Shown here piece after piece: positions 11,870 to 23,710 of a stretch of 64,000 bases of DNA. The stretch is from Heptranchias perlo (Eukaryota). The notes beneath the pieces were generated by a model. That model saw only the letters and a list, made by a program, of their open reading frames with translations. It had not been told where the DNA came from and searched no databases. Position numbers and translations under genes: made by a program. The stretch lies in the NCBI RefSeq assembly GCF_035084215.1, contig NC_090362.1:10230001-10294000 (forward strand). Reading direction: 5' to 3'. Numbering within the stretch: position 1 is the first letter of the stretch; every line of letters starts with the position of its first letter.

Positions 11870-13070
11870 CCATTTTGTTTTGGATGCTGTGTACATTACT
11901 ATACAGGTAATTTTGTTTATTTTTAATAATTGTTTCCCTGACTTTATTTTTAACAGTCATTTTGTATTGATGCTCTATAACTGTATTTGTTCCCTGACCG
12001 TTTATGTTACCCATATTCCTTGCCTTGGTCTGACCTCATCCCCTATTTCTTTTATCTTCAGACTTATGTTATTTTCACCAAATTCCTCCCCCATCTTACT
12101 GGTATAAAGTCCTATCCACAGCCCTATTTATCCTTTCCGCTAGGACTCTGGTCCCATTCGATTCAGGTAGAGCCCGTCCCACCGTTACAGCTCCTTCCTG
12201 TCCCAGTACTGCTTTGAGTGTCCCATGAAATGGAACCCCTCCTTCCCACACCACTCTTTTACCCACACATTCACCTTCCTGATCTGCCTATCCCTATGCC
12301 AATTAGCACATGGCTCAGGCAATAATCCCGAGATTATTACCCGTTACGTCCTATTTTTCAATTTAGTTCCTAACTTCTGATATTCTCTTAGCAGGACTTC
12401 CTCCCTTATCTTCCTTATGTCATTGGTCCCAACATGGACCATGACAACTGGATCCTTCCCCTCCCTTTCTAAGTTCCTCTCCAGTTGCTCCAAGATATCC
12501 TTTATCCTTGCACCAGGTAGACAACACACCCTCCTGGACTCTTGGTCACGATTACAGAGTATGTTTTCTATCTCCCTAATTATTGAATCCCCAATGACTG
12601 CAACCCTTCTATTCTGCTCCTGCACCACCCCCCCCCCCCCCACTCTCAGACTGCCTCCTGCTCCACGTGTCATGGTTAGCATTCTGGCTGTCCACCCCGC
12701 AGCCTACATCCTTATCTCACAGATAGCAAGTACGTTGTACCTGTTGAATAGGACCAGTGTCTGCAGGGCCTCCTTCTCTATCTCCCCTTGGTTCTCCTTA
12801 CCCTGCTGACTAACAGTCACGCACTCCCCTTCCTGTATCTGTGCTTTCCTCTGAGGTGTGACTGTACTCTGGAGAAAACTATCCAGATATTTCTCTCCCT
12901 CCCTTATGTGTCGGAGTGTCTCTAACTCGCACTCCAGCTCAAGGACTCTGAGCCGAAGTGTCTCAAGGCAGAGACATTTCCTGCAGAAATGGCAATCCCC
13001 CATATCACAGTCCCAACACATAGCATTACACATAACACTGCCATTTCTAGTTTTTATTTATTAATAGTAA
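11870..13070 (-). mobile_element. CR1 5' region: ORF1 (Zn-finger/coiled coil plus SGNH esterase-like domain) and start of the endonuclease
   Basis: ORFs CWDC..CRKC..LRLRVLELECELETLR and VAVIGDSIIR..CCLPGARIKD..VHVGTND, followed by YLYSNVHSIQNK. Confidence 0.85.
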
Positions 13071-13096
13071 TTTAATTCTAGATAGAATAATACAAC

Positions 13097-13675
13097 CATA
13101 GAATGGATACAGCACAGAAGTAGGCCATTAGGCCCATCAAGCCCATGCTGGCTCTTTGCAAGAGCAATCCAGTTAGTCCCATTCCCCCGCTGTTGCCCCA
13201 TAGCCCTGCAATTTTTTTCCCTTTAAATATTTATCCAATTCCTTTTTGAAAGCCACAATTGAATCTGCTTCCACCGCCCTTTCATGCAGCACATTCCACA
13301 TCATAACTACTCACTGCGTAAAAAAGATTTTCATCCTGTTGCCTTTGGTTCTTTTGCCAATCACCTTAAATCGGTGTCCTCCAGTTCTCGACCCTCCCGC
13401 CAATGGGAACAGTTTCTCTTTATTTACTTTATCTAAACCCTTCATCATTTTGAACACTTCTATCAAATCTCCTCTTAACCTTCTCTGCTCTAAGGAGAAC
13501 AACCCCAGCTTCTCCAGTCCATCCACGTAACTGAAGTCCCTCATCCCTGGAAGCATTCTAGTAAATCTTTTCTGCACCCTCTCTAAGGGTTTGACATCCT
13601 TCCTAAAGTGCGGTGCCCAGAATTGGACAAAATATTCCAGCTGAGGCCGAACCCGTGTTTTATAAAAGTTACTCA
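13097..13675 (-). mobile_element. CR1 3' fragment
   Basis: ORF with VRPQLEYFVQFWAPHFRKD...RRLRGDLIEVFK. Confidence 0.9.
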
Positions 13676-13789
13676 AAGGAAAACAGGTCTATAAGTGCAG
13701 AAATGTGTACAGTTAGTATACAACAACAAAACTAATGTGCTTGTAAGTCAATAAACATAGAAAAGTACAGAAATCTGTTGACCTCAGAG

Positions 13790-13885
13790 ACTCCCTTGCA
13801 GATTCCATTTGAAAACTTGTGGCTTAGGCACACATGAAGAGTGAATATTTTGGTGAGTTGCTGGCACCTCAGGAACCATAACCTG
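13790..13885 (+). mobile_element. Short LF-SINE-like 3' fragment
   Basis: TAGGCACACATGAAGAGTG...GGCACCTCAGGAACCATAACC resembles the 3' half of LF-SINE. Confidence 0.4.
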
Positions 13886-14194
13886 AAACATTGGCCTGAT
13901 TGGAAACAAGTAAGGTGAGTGTGCGGTTAGCTGCAGGAGATGAAATGGATTAAAGAGTGAGATTGCTGATGACTAATACGTAGGGACGATGTAATTTAAA
14001 TTACAAAGAGTGAAAGATAGGAATGTAGCTTAGTGTTATTTCTTAATTCACCTATTTTCTTATTTCCTGTTGCTAAATTGATGGTGTGGCAGGTACTGAG
14101 TCAGAGCTGGATTACAGGCCAGGCCCTGCTGCAGGCTCATTTTGTTTGGGAAGGGAGAAAAACTATGTGTCCTTGGAATCACAGAATGATACAG

Positions 14195-15510
14195 CAACAA
14201 CTTGCATTTATATAGCGCCTTTAATGTAGTAAAACATCCCAAAGCGATTCACAGGAGCGATTATCAAACAGAATTTGACATGAAGCCATGTAAGGAGATA
14301 TAAGGACAGGTGACCAAAATCTTGGTCAAAGAGTGAGATTTTAAGAAGTGTCTTAAAGGAAGAGAGGTAGAGAGGCGGAGAGGTTTAGGGAGGGAATTCC
14401 AGAGCTTAGGGCCTATACAGCTGAAGGCATGGCCGCCAATGGTGGAGTGATTCAAATCGGTGATGCGCAAGAGGCCAAAATTGGAGGAGCGCAGAGATCT
14501 CAGAGGGTTGTAGAACTGGAGGAGGTTCCAGAGATGAGGGGAGAGGCCATGGAGGGATTTGAAAACAAGGATGAGAATTTTAAAATCGAGGCGTTCCCGG
14601 AGCGGGAGCTAACGTAGATCAGCGAGCACAGGGGTGATGGGTGAACGGAACTTGATGCGAGTTAGGATAAGGGCAGCAGACCTTTGGATGAGCTGAAGTT
14701 TATGGTGGGTGGAAGGTCGGAGGCCAGCCATGAGAGCATTGGAATAGTCCAGTCTAGAGGTAATAAAGGCATGGATGAGGGTTTCAGCAACAGATGAGCT
14801 GAGGCAGGGCAGAGACGGGCGATGTTACGGAGCTGGAAGTAGGCTGACTTGGTGATGGAGCGGATGTGTGGTCGGAAGCTCATCTCAGGGTTGCAATGGT
14901 CTGGTTCAGCCTCAGACAGTGGCCAGGGAGAGAGATGGGGTTGGTGGCTAAGGAACAGAGTTTGTGGCAGGGACCGAAGACAATGGCTTTGATCGTCCCA
15001 ATATTTAGTTGGAGGAAATTTGTGCTAATCCTGTACTGGATGTGTGACAAATCTGAAACAGTGGAGGGATCGAGAGGTGGTGGTGAGGTAGAGCTGGGTG
15101 TCGCCAGCATACATGTAGAACCTGACATGCTTTCGGATGTTGTCGCCAAGGGACAGCATGTAGATGACAAATAAGAGGGGGCCAAGAATAGATCCTTGGG
15201 GGACTCTAGAGGTAACGATGCGGGAGTGGGAAGAGAAGCCGTTGCAGGTGATTCTTTGGCTACGACTGAATAGATAAGAATGGAACCAGGCGACCGCAGT
15301 CCCACCCAGTTGGATGATGGAGGAGAGGCGTTGGAGGAGGTTGGTGTGGTCAACCGTGTCAAAGGCTGTAGACAGTTCAAGAAGGATGAGGAATCATTTA
15401 CCACGGTCACAGTCACATAGAATGTCATTTGTGACTTTGACATGGCCGTTTCAGTAGCGTGGCAGGGATGGAGGGATTCAAACATGGTGCTGCGGGAAAG
15501 ATGGGCACGG
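14195..15510 (-). mobile_element. L2 LINE RT to 3' end, 5'-truncated
   Basis: L2 tail; motifs FLQLNIGTIKAIVFG and SFRPHIRSITKSAYFQLRNIARL. Confidence 0.9.
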
Positions 15511-16162
15511 TTATAGCATAGGAGGCCATTCAACCCATCGTGCCTGTGCGACAATGAACTATCCCATTAGTCCCACTCCCATGCTCTTTCCCCATAGCCC
15601 TGCAACATTTTCCACTTCCCTTTTGAAAGTTACTACTAAATCTGCTTCCACCACCGTTTCAGGCAGTGCATTCCAGATCACAACTTGTTGCATAAAATGT
15701 TTTTTTTTCCTCATGTCGTCTCTGATTCTTTTGCCAATTACCTTAAATCTGTGTTCTCTGGTTACCAATGCTTCTGCCACTGGAAACAGTTTCTCCTTAT
15801 TTAGTCTATCAAAACCCTTCATGATTTTGAACACCTCTCCCCTTAACCTTCTCCGCTGTAAGGAGAACAACCACAGTTTCTCTAGTCTCTCCATGTAACT
15901 GAAATCTTTCATCCCTGGTACCATTCAGCTAAATCTCCTCTGCATCCTCTCTAAGGCCTAAAGTGTGATGTCCATAATTGGACACAATACTGTAGCTGGG
16001 GCCTAACCAGTGTTTTATAAGGGTTTAGCATAACTTCCTTGCTTTTGTACTGTATGCCTCTATTTATAAAGCCAAGAATCCCGTATGCCTTTCTAACAGC
16101 CTTCTCAACTTGTCCTGCCACCTTCAAAGACTTGTGTAAATATATCCCCAGGTCTCTGTTCC
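15511..16162 (-). mobile_element. CR1 3' fragment
   Basis: Motifs KAYGILGFINRGI and RRRLRGEVFKIMKG. Confidence 0.9.
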
Positions 16163-17043
16163 TAATCGTGATTAATCCATGCACACAGCACATCCAGTTT
16201 TGGACTGGACAGTCCAGTTTTTGAACAAGCTTATGGAAATTTCTGAAGTGTAAACTAGACAACAAAAATTTGGTTCTTAAAGGTCCATTTTTCAGTTATT
16301 CTTGAACGAAAGAGCAATTATTATTGAGGTGATTAAGGTTCCAAATAATTATCATCAGCAGCAGGAAAACACAAGCTAAGGCAGTGACTCAACCCCCATC
16401 CTTTTCTGGACTAGGTAAAAGCTGGCAGCTCTCATTTTGAGCTAGTTTCCTGGAAGAACTGGCCTGTTTGCAGAGACTAGCCTCGGTGCACAATCGGTTA
16501 TTGTCCACGATTTGCCGAGTGCAACACCTAATTATGTGCTAATCCCCACAAGTTGGGAACAGATCAGTCAGACCAGCAGCTGAGCTGTTAGAATTTCTCC
16601 CTCTCACGTCTGTGTGCAGGGTACTTGTTGGGGAAACCACGCGGCATTGGGGTGCTTCATGGTTGTCCTAGAACTTAACAACCAACAAAGGTGAGAGAGA
16701 GAGAAATGCACTCATTGTTTGCAACAATTTCAAGGAGTGGACTAGATGTGAGCTAAAAAACAGCAGTGATATTGTTCAAACATGTTTGAAATATGGTCAG
16801 ATATTATAGTAAATGGTGTCTATAGGAAGAGGCAATTGCCATTTACAGAGTGATACAGCACTAATATTAACAAAAATATTTTATTTATAGAAACCCAGAA
16901 AATCAATGTTTTGTTGTCCCATAATTCAATCTATTAGATTTTAGAATATTGAAAGTAAAACAAAAAATGCTGGAAAGATCTTTCAGCATTTCAAACTTTG
17001 TTTACAGGCTATTAAAACCAGTAGGTACTTTGGTAAAACTATC

Positions 17044-18175
17044 ATAGAATCTTACAGCACAGAATGAGGCCATTCAGCCCATCATGCCTGTCCCGGCTCT
17101 TTGAAAGATCTGTACCATTAGTTCCACTCCCCTGCTTTATCCCCATGGCTCTGCAATTTCCTCCCCTTTAAATATTTATCCAATTCCCTTTTGAAAGTTA
17201 CTACTGAATCTGCTTTCACCGCCCTTTCAGGCAGTACATTCCAGATCATAACAACTCGCTGTGTAAAAAAAAATCTCTCCTCATCTCGCCTCTGTTTTTT
17301 TTGACAATTACCTTAAATCTGTGTCTTCTGCTTACCAGCCCTTCTGTCACTGGAAACAGTTTCTCCTTATTTACTCTATTAAAATCCTTCATGATTTTGA
17401 ACACCTCTATTAAATCTCCCCCTTAACCTTCTCTGCTCGAAGGAGAACAACCCCAGCTTCTCCAATCTCTCCACGTAACTGAAGTCCCGCATCCCTGGTA
17501 CCATTCTAGTAATTCTCTTCTACACCCTGCCTAAGACCTTGACATTCTTCCTAAAGTGTGAGGCCCCAGAATTGGACACAGTACTCCAGCTGGGGCATAA
17601 CCAGTGATTTATAAAGGTCTAGCCTAACTTCCTTGCTTTTGTACACTATGCCTCTGTTTATAAAGCCCAGGATCCCATATGCTTTTTTAACAGCCTTCTC
17701 AACTTGTCCTGTCACCTTCAAAGATTTGTGTACGTACACACCCAGGTGTCTCTGTTCCTGCACCCCTTTTAAAACTGTATCATTTAGTTTATATTGCCTC
17801 TCCTCGTTCTTCCCACCAAAATGCATCACCTCACACTTCTCTGTGTTAAATTGCATCTGCCATGTGTCTGCCCTTTTCACCAGTCTGACTATGTCTTCCT
17901 GAGGTCTGTTACTATCTTCTTCATAGTTTACCACATTTCCGAGTTTCGTCTCGACTGTAAACTTTGAAATTATGCCCTGTATACCCAAGTCCAGGTCATT
18001 AATATATATCAAAAAGAGCAGTGGTCCTAATACCAATCCCTAGGGGACATCACTGTATACTTCTTCTAGTCCAAAAAACAACCATTCACCATTACTCTCT
18101 GCTTTTTGTCCCTGAGCCAATTTGTATCCAAGCTGCCACTGTCCCTTTCATCCCATGGGTTTCAATTATGCTAGC
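17044..18175 (-). mobile_element. CR1 RT to 3' end
   Basis: ORF with [15 protein letters not shown]...WQMQFNTEKCEVMHFG. Confidence 0.92.
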
Positions 18176-18514
18176 AATGTTTTCCTCATCAAAGATTGAT
18201 TGCCATGCCCCGTCGTCATCAAACACTGGCTAAGACAGAGATACTTACCTCAGTGATGATGTCACAGGGTACAATTCTCCTTTAGTATGAATGGGGAGGG
18301 AGGTGGGGTGAGGGGCGGGAAAGAGAGTGCTTCTATGATACAGGGCCATGGGCTGGGTACAGGGAAAGAGTGCCTTTGTGAAGGGGACAGATAGTTTTTG
18401 GAAAGTGATGGTTTGGATGGTCTGTTGATAAATCCAGATGTTATTTATTTTTCCTATAAATTTTTTAAAGAATAAAAATTCATTGCTTCTGTTAATTTTA
18501 TATTTCTTAACAAA

Positions 18515-18612
18515 CCTGTTTTCCTACATTACACTTCAAAAATACTTAATTGGCTGTAAAGCACTTTGGGACATCCTAAAGTTGTGAGGGACACTATATA
18601 AATGCAAGTCTT
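18515..18612 (+). mobile_element. Deu-SINE/L2-type 3' tail fragment
   Basis: CTTCAAAAATACTTAATTGGCTGTAAAGCACTTTGGGAC...TATATAAATGCAAGTC. Confidence 0.7.
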
Positions 18613-19177
18613 TTTTTTAATAGCTTGAAAGATACAGTCCATCAGTGTGTTGGCTTGTCTATCAGTCAGAGAGGGGTTTACTGTTCACCCCAGGTATGCT
18701 ACATCCCAGATTAGTTTCCGCATTAGGTCACATTTTGGTTCACAGAAAGGATGTGCTTGCTTGTAGAAGCGGTTCTTCGTGCCTGTCCAATTTGTAACAG
18801 TGACAATGAAACAACAATTAATTAATTTTGAAGCAAACTTTAATAATATTCTTACTTTGGAACTAGCATTGAGCAAGAAAAAATCTCACTAAGAAATAAA
18901 TAGCGAGCCAGCAAATATGTAATTCTGAAAATCATTGTTAGTGCATTACATCAATTAAACAACCCTCACCGCATGTGTTTATATAAAATTAGAATTATTA
19001 ATAGTATGCAAGAGTCAATATTATTATTGATATCAGGATGGTATCAACTGACTGACCTTGTAATTGGATATTCTATTAATTACTGAAATAATAAACAATT
19101 TAATATAATAAACCACAAATCCCATTGCATTCTGGTTAATTGTGGGTTTCATACCTCACACAGCAACCCTCATCTTG

Positions 19178-19530
19178 CACAGAAACCTCCCTGTCACGTG
19201 CAGAAACCTCCACTTCACACATAACAGAAACCTCCACTTCACACATAACAGAAACCTCCATATCATGTGTAGAAACCTCCATATCACACATATTAGAAAC
19301 CTCCATATCATGTGTAGAAACCTCCATATCACACATAATAGAAACCTCCATGTCACCCAGACCAGAAACCTCCATGTCACCCAGACCAGAAACCTCCATG
19401 TCACCTAGACCAGAAACCTCCATGTCACCCAGACCAGAAACCTCCATGTCACACATAATAGAAACCTCCATATCACACATAATAGAAACCTCCATATCAC
19501 ATGCAGAAACTTCCATATCACACATGCAGA
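19178..19530. repeat. Minisatellite with 21- and 24-bp units anchored on AGAAACCTCCA
   Basis: About 15 units; unit lengths are multiples of 3. Confidence 0.95.
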
Positions 19531-19984
19531 ACCAGTTCCCATTTGGTGGAGCATAATTATAGCCAAAATTTGTCAACTCTCCAACTAAGAAACTGAAAAA
19601 AGAAAGTACACCTCAGTTTTTTTTTACTGAAATTAATTGTCATCTTTTGCAGAAGAGGATTTAAAATCCAGGAACTAACATGTGTGCAACATCGACGAGA
19701 TTGTAACATGATCTAATGTGCATGCAGTACCACACTGGGACTAAATGCATGCAGCATTGGATCCAATCTAATGTATAGCCCCAAATCAAATTCATGATGG
19801 GTGGCTTGATGACACGATAAATAGCTGCTCACTAAGTTTAGTCATTGAAACTTTTATGTGATTAATTGACTGTTTTAATTAGCACATTATTGGATAATAT
19901 TTTAATTTTAACACAGTCAGTGTCAGACAGCAGTGCAGTCACCAAAAAGAAGCCTTACTTTTGATGAGATCTATATATTTTTGT

Positions 19985-20095
19985 TGGGTAAGGGTATCAA
20001 GGGCTATGCAGCAAAGGCAGGTAAATGGAGTTGAGGTACAGATCAGCCATGATGTAACTGAATAGCAGAACAGGCACGATGGGCAAAATGACCTG
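19985..20095 (+). mobile_element. CR1 3' UTR fragment
   Basis: AAGGGTATCAAGGG...GAGGTACAGATCAGCCATGAT. Confidence 0.7.
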
Positions 20096-20499
20096 CTATG
20101 ACTGCAGTGCTAGGTGACACTGTCTGTGTTAAAACATTAAGTATTATCTAAGCAATTTGTACTATTTGCTCGATTCCCCTTAGTAGTCTGTTAAAACACA
20201 TAGAAACACCAAACGGTCCAGAAACTAGGCTCATTCAGTTAGGTGGAGTGGATTTGGCAAACATTACACTGCAAAATCTCCCTTTCCATTTGACAGACAA
20301 TATTGGTGCCAGACAAAACAATACAAAGAATATGATGCACAATTAGTGTAAAAAATTATGCTCCCTCAAACGGGGCTTCCAGTTTGTTCCCAGTCCAAAG
20401 CCAGACAGCGTAGGGGACTTTAAAAATGGTAATGCACGGACATAGAATGGATCCAATTGCGCAAATGTAAAACAGGCCCTGCCCACTCTCAGATTTATA

Positions 20500-21020
20500 A
20501 ACCTGAAATAGGCTCAGTCACACACGTGACCGTGAAATAGGCTCATGTGACCCTGAAATAGGCTCAGTCACACACGTGACCCTGAAATAGGCTCAGTCAC
20601 ACACACTACTCTGAAATAGGCTGTCCCACACACACACTCTACCCTGAAATAGGATCAGTCACACACACACATTACCCTGAAATAGGCTCACACACACGAC
20701 CCTGAAATAGGCTCAGTCACACACGTGACCCTGAAATAGGCTCAGTCACACACGTCGGTGAAATAGGCTTCACACATACATGACCCTGAAATAGGCTCAG
20801 TCACACACACACGACCCTGAAATAGCCTATTTCACAGACGTGTGTGACTGAGCCTGTCACACATACATGACCCTGAAACAGGCTCAGTCACACATACATG
20901 ACCCTGAAATAGGCTCAGTCACACATACATGACCCTGAAATAGGCTCAGTCACACACACATGACCCTGAAATAGGCTCAGTCACACACACATGACCCTGA
21001 AATAAGCTCAGTCACACATT
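20500..21020. repeat. Minisatellite of about 29-33 bp (CCCTGAAATAGGCTCAGTCACACACRTGA) with one inverted unit
   Basis: Units read directly; inverted copy at 20824-20855. Confidence 0.95.
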
Positions 21021-21772
21021 ACAAAACTTTAAAAAAAATTCTGCAGCTAAGGTGAATAATTTCCTGTCCAGTTTTCATCCCTCACACTTAACAAGGTGGC
21101 CAGCCTGAAACTGGACTGTCCAGTTCAAAACCAGGCAAGAGGTCAACCTGGTTAGAATAAAATTCGCCATTAAACTGCTGGGGTCTGAAGCCTTGTAACA
21201 AACAGTATGTAACAGAGATCACCAATGCATAGGGTGTATCTACATGTCTACACTGTCAATAAAGAGAGAAAACAATGACTTTGAATACACAGTTTGTAAA
21301 TCCGGTCACTCTGGTTTCAAGTACTCTCCCGTCCTGACATACCATAAAATATTATGAGGAACAACCATTCAGTCCAACACATCTTTTGGGTTAATCCCAC
21401 AAAGGGATAAAGTCAACAGGTAACATTGGAGGTGCTCATTCCCATCAGTCCCTGAATACCTATGGAGACAGTGTGTTTAACTGCAGACGGTGGAAGACTA
21501 GTTTAAGAATGGCTTTGGCTCCCTTTTCACATGTGCGCGCTTCCATCATGTCTGATATTGTTTCAGTCCCTTAATCTGTGTTAAACTCTGTGATTTGATA
21601 ATACTCGTTTCAATGAAGTGCAAATCCTGAAGAAACAACCCTTTGTAGCCAATCATCTTCATAAAAAGAAATTCTGTGATTCAAGTTTTACTGCATCAAG
21701 TCCTCTGAGCTCTCCAATGGCAGAGGAGGCACGATGCTGAACGAGGGCTGAAATGGGGTTCTGCTGTTCTCC

Positions 21773-21967
21773 TCATTTCTGGTCCATTATGTTCTTCAGG
21801 CACAGTTTCATGTGTGAGTTTTTATTGCTCATCTGGATTACACAGTCCCGCACTAGTTCGATGAAGATCTGCGGCCAGAGTTTCTGCAGGGATTCATTTT
21901 TCAAATCAATAAGAGCAGCATCTTTAACCAGTCCCTGCACATATACTTGGGAAAACATCTTTGTTTC
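21773..21967 (-). CDS. Terminal coding exon D of the same gene (ETKMFSQVYVQGLVKDAALIDLKNESLQKLWPQIFIELVRDCVIQMSNKNSHMKLCLKNIMDQK*)
   Basis: Acceptor ccattatttaaaatcag|, phase 0, ends in TGA at 21775-21773. Overlaps ORF-track entry 21773..21958. Followed by unique sequence that could be 3' UTR. Confidence 0.78.
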   Translation of the reverse strand, partial: ETKMFSQVYVQGLVKDAALIDLKNESLQKLWPQIFIELVRDCVIQMSNKNSHMKLCLKNIMDQK

Positions 21968-22164
21968 CTGATTTTAAATAATGGGAAAAAAAAGGAAAGG
22001 TTTATCAAATAATTGTTATTATACAGATAAAAGTTAAATATCACACAGCTAATTGGGAATAAATGTGAATTTATAAGTATAGTTTGTGGGTAATTTATAT
22101 GCAATGGCTTTCCTTCAGCTGAAACAGTATAAAATACAATTGAAGTATTTAAAACAGTGCTTCC

Positions 22165-22475
22165 AAAGGCTCAGTTGATTAAGGCAATGAGTAACTGAGC
22201 TGTACAGTTCAGAAAGTTCTCAATTCCATCCCTGGACTATGTTGAATACATTGATCTTAGATAGGATAGTGGTGGGAATGCTACAATCGGTCTATGTGTC
22301 CCAGGTTAGGAAAGGGAAAATTGTCCAAGGTTCCTGTGCCTGCTCACTGTAGGCTTCGGGCAAGGGTGGATTGGCCCCTACAGTTTGACTGTATTCCAGC
22401 AAGAAGTTAATTACTGACTTAGTCAAGGCCATGGAAAGGTCGATTCACTAAGATGATACCAAATTTGGAAGGCTT
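22165..22475 (+). mobile_element. LF-SINE-like element, antisense to the host gene, in its last intron
   Basis: GGCTCAGTTG..CTGAGC..ATCCCTGG..GCTACAATCGG..GGGAAAATTGTCCAAGGTTCCTG resembles the LF-SINE head and core. Confidence 0.7.
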
Positions 22476-22477
22476 CA

Positions 22478-22945
22478 ATTATGAGGAAAGACTAGAGAAA
22501 CTGGGGCTCTTTTCATTAAAACAAACAAAGTTAAGAGGAGATTTGATAAGGTAAATTGGGAAAAACTATTTCCACTGGTTGGTGAATTGGTAACTAGGGG
22601 CTATAAATTTAAGATCATCATCAAAAGAACAAAGGGGGAGGCAGGAATTATTTTTTTTTTACGCAGAGGGTTGTTAGGACATGGAATGCCTGACCAGAAA
22701 TAGCGGGGGAAGCAGAATCCAGAATAATGTTTAAAGAGTAAGTGGATAAATATTTGAAAAACATTTTTTTTTAAAAAGTATGGCAAAAGGACAGAGGAAT
22801 AAGACTAAGAGGAATAACTATTTCAGAGCTGGTACAGCTGTGAGCAGCTACTTGGGAAAAGGGCATAGGAATGGGACTAATTGGGTAGCTCTTTCAGAGA
22901 GTCGGCTCAGACACGATGGACTGAATGGCCTCCTGTGCTGTAAAA
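22478..22945 (+). mobile_element. Old CR1 3' fragment
   Basis: TATGAGGAAAGACTAGAGAAACTGGGGCTCTTTTC...GAATGGCCTCCTGTGCTGTAA. Confidence 0.8.
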
Positions 22946-23555
22946 TTATAGCTTCCATGGCAGCAATTCTAGACTCTGATGAAAGTACCAGAAAAGCGGG
23001 GATGGTTTGGCCAAGTGACAGTTCATTTGAGTGATATACACTACTTCTTTGTTTAATTGGTCATGAGACATTTTTTTTAAAGCAATTTTCTCCTTCCATT
23101 TGTCTGGTCTGTCCATGCCTTGCACTCTCTGCCCCCTGATTTCTGGGAGATAGGTGTGCAGGTGCACCCCAAAGATATCTTACCCATGGAAAATGCTGGC
23201 CTGTGCTTTGCGTTTCTCCATGGCAAGCCTGGGAACTCAGTGTGTTGGGGGAGGTGCAAAGTCACAATCCAACCATTCTGTGAAGCAATTCATTGATGCT
23301 ACAAGAAGCTGGATTCATACATTTCTTTTGTCACTGGAACTGACTTTATGATAGTGTTGGCCAGTAGAAGCACATATAAGTCACTTTTAGACAGAGAAGT
23401 AATCAGATAGAATTGGTGCCTCTTCTCCATCACAGCCCAATCAGATTTAGAGATCAGTGATCAAACACAGCTACAACAATCTCACTTTAGAATGATTTAA
23501 GCTGCCCAATTCTACAAAATATATACTATTTGTTGATTTTCTTACGTAAGATGAT

Positions 23556-23710
23556 AACATAGGAACAGGAGTAAGCCCCTCAAACCTGTTCCACCATTCA
23601 ATGAGATCATGGCTGATCTGTAGTCCATCTCTATCCACCCGCCTTGGCTCCATATCCCTTAATACCCTTGGCTAGCAAAAATCTATCGATCTCAGATTTA
23701 AAATTAATTG
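23556..23710 (-). mobile_element. CR1 3' tail
   Basis: Near-identical to about 3017-3180. Confidence 0.85.

Noticed and set aside
12344-13033. SGNH esterase-like and Zn-finger ORFs as cellular genes
   Set aside because: These are standard CR1 ORF1 domains, interrupted and contiguous with the endonuclease start.
19136-19576. ORFs on both strands (CDMEVS / ETS repeats) as a repetitive protein
   Set aside because: They are open only because the 21/24-bp units are multiples of 3; there is no splice or gene context.
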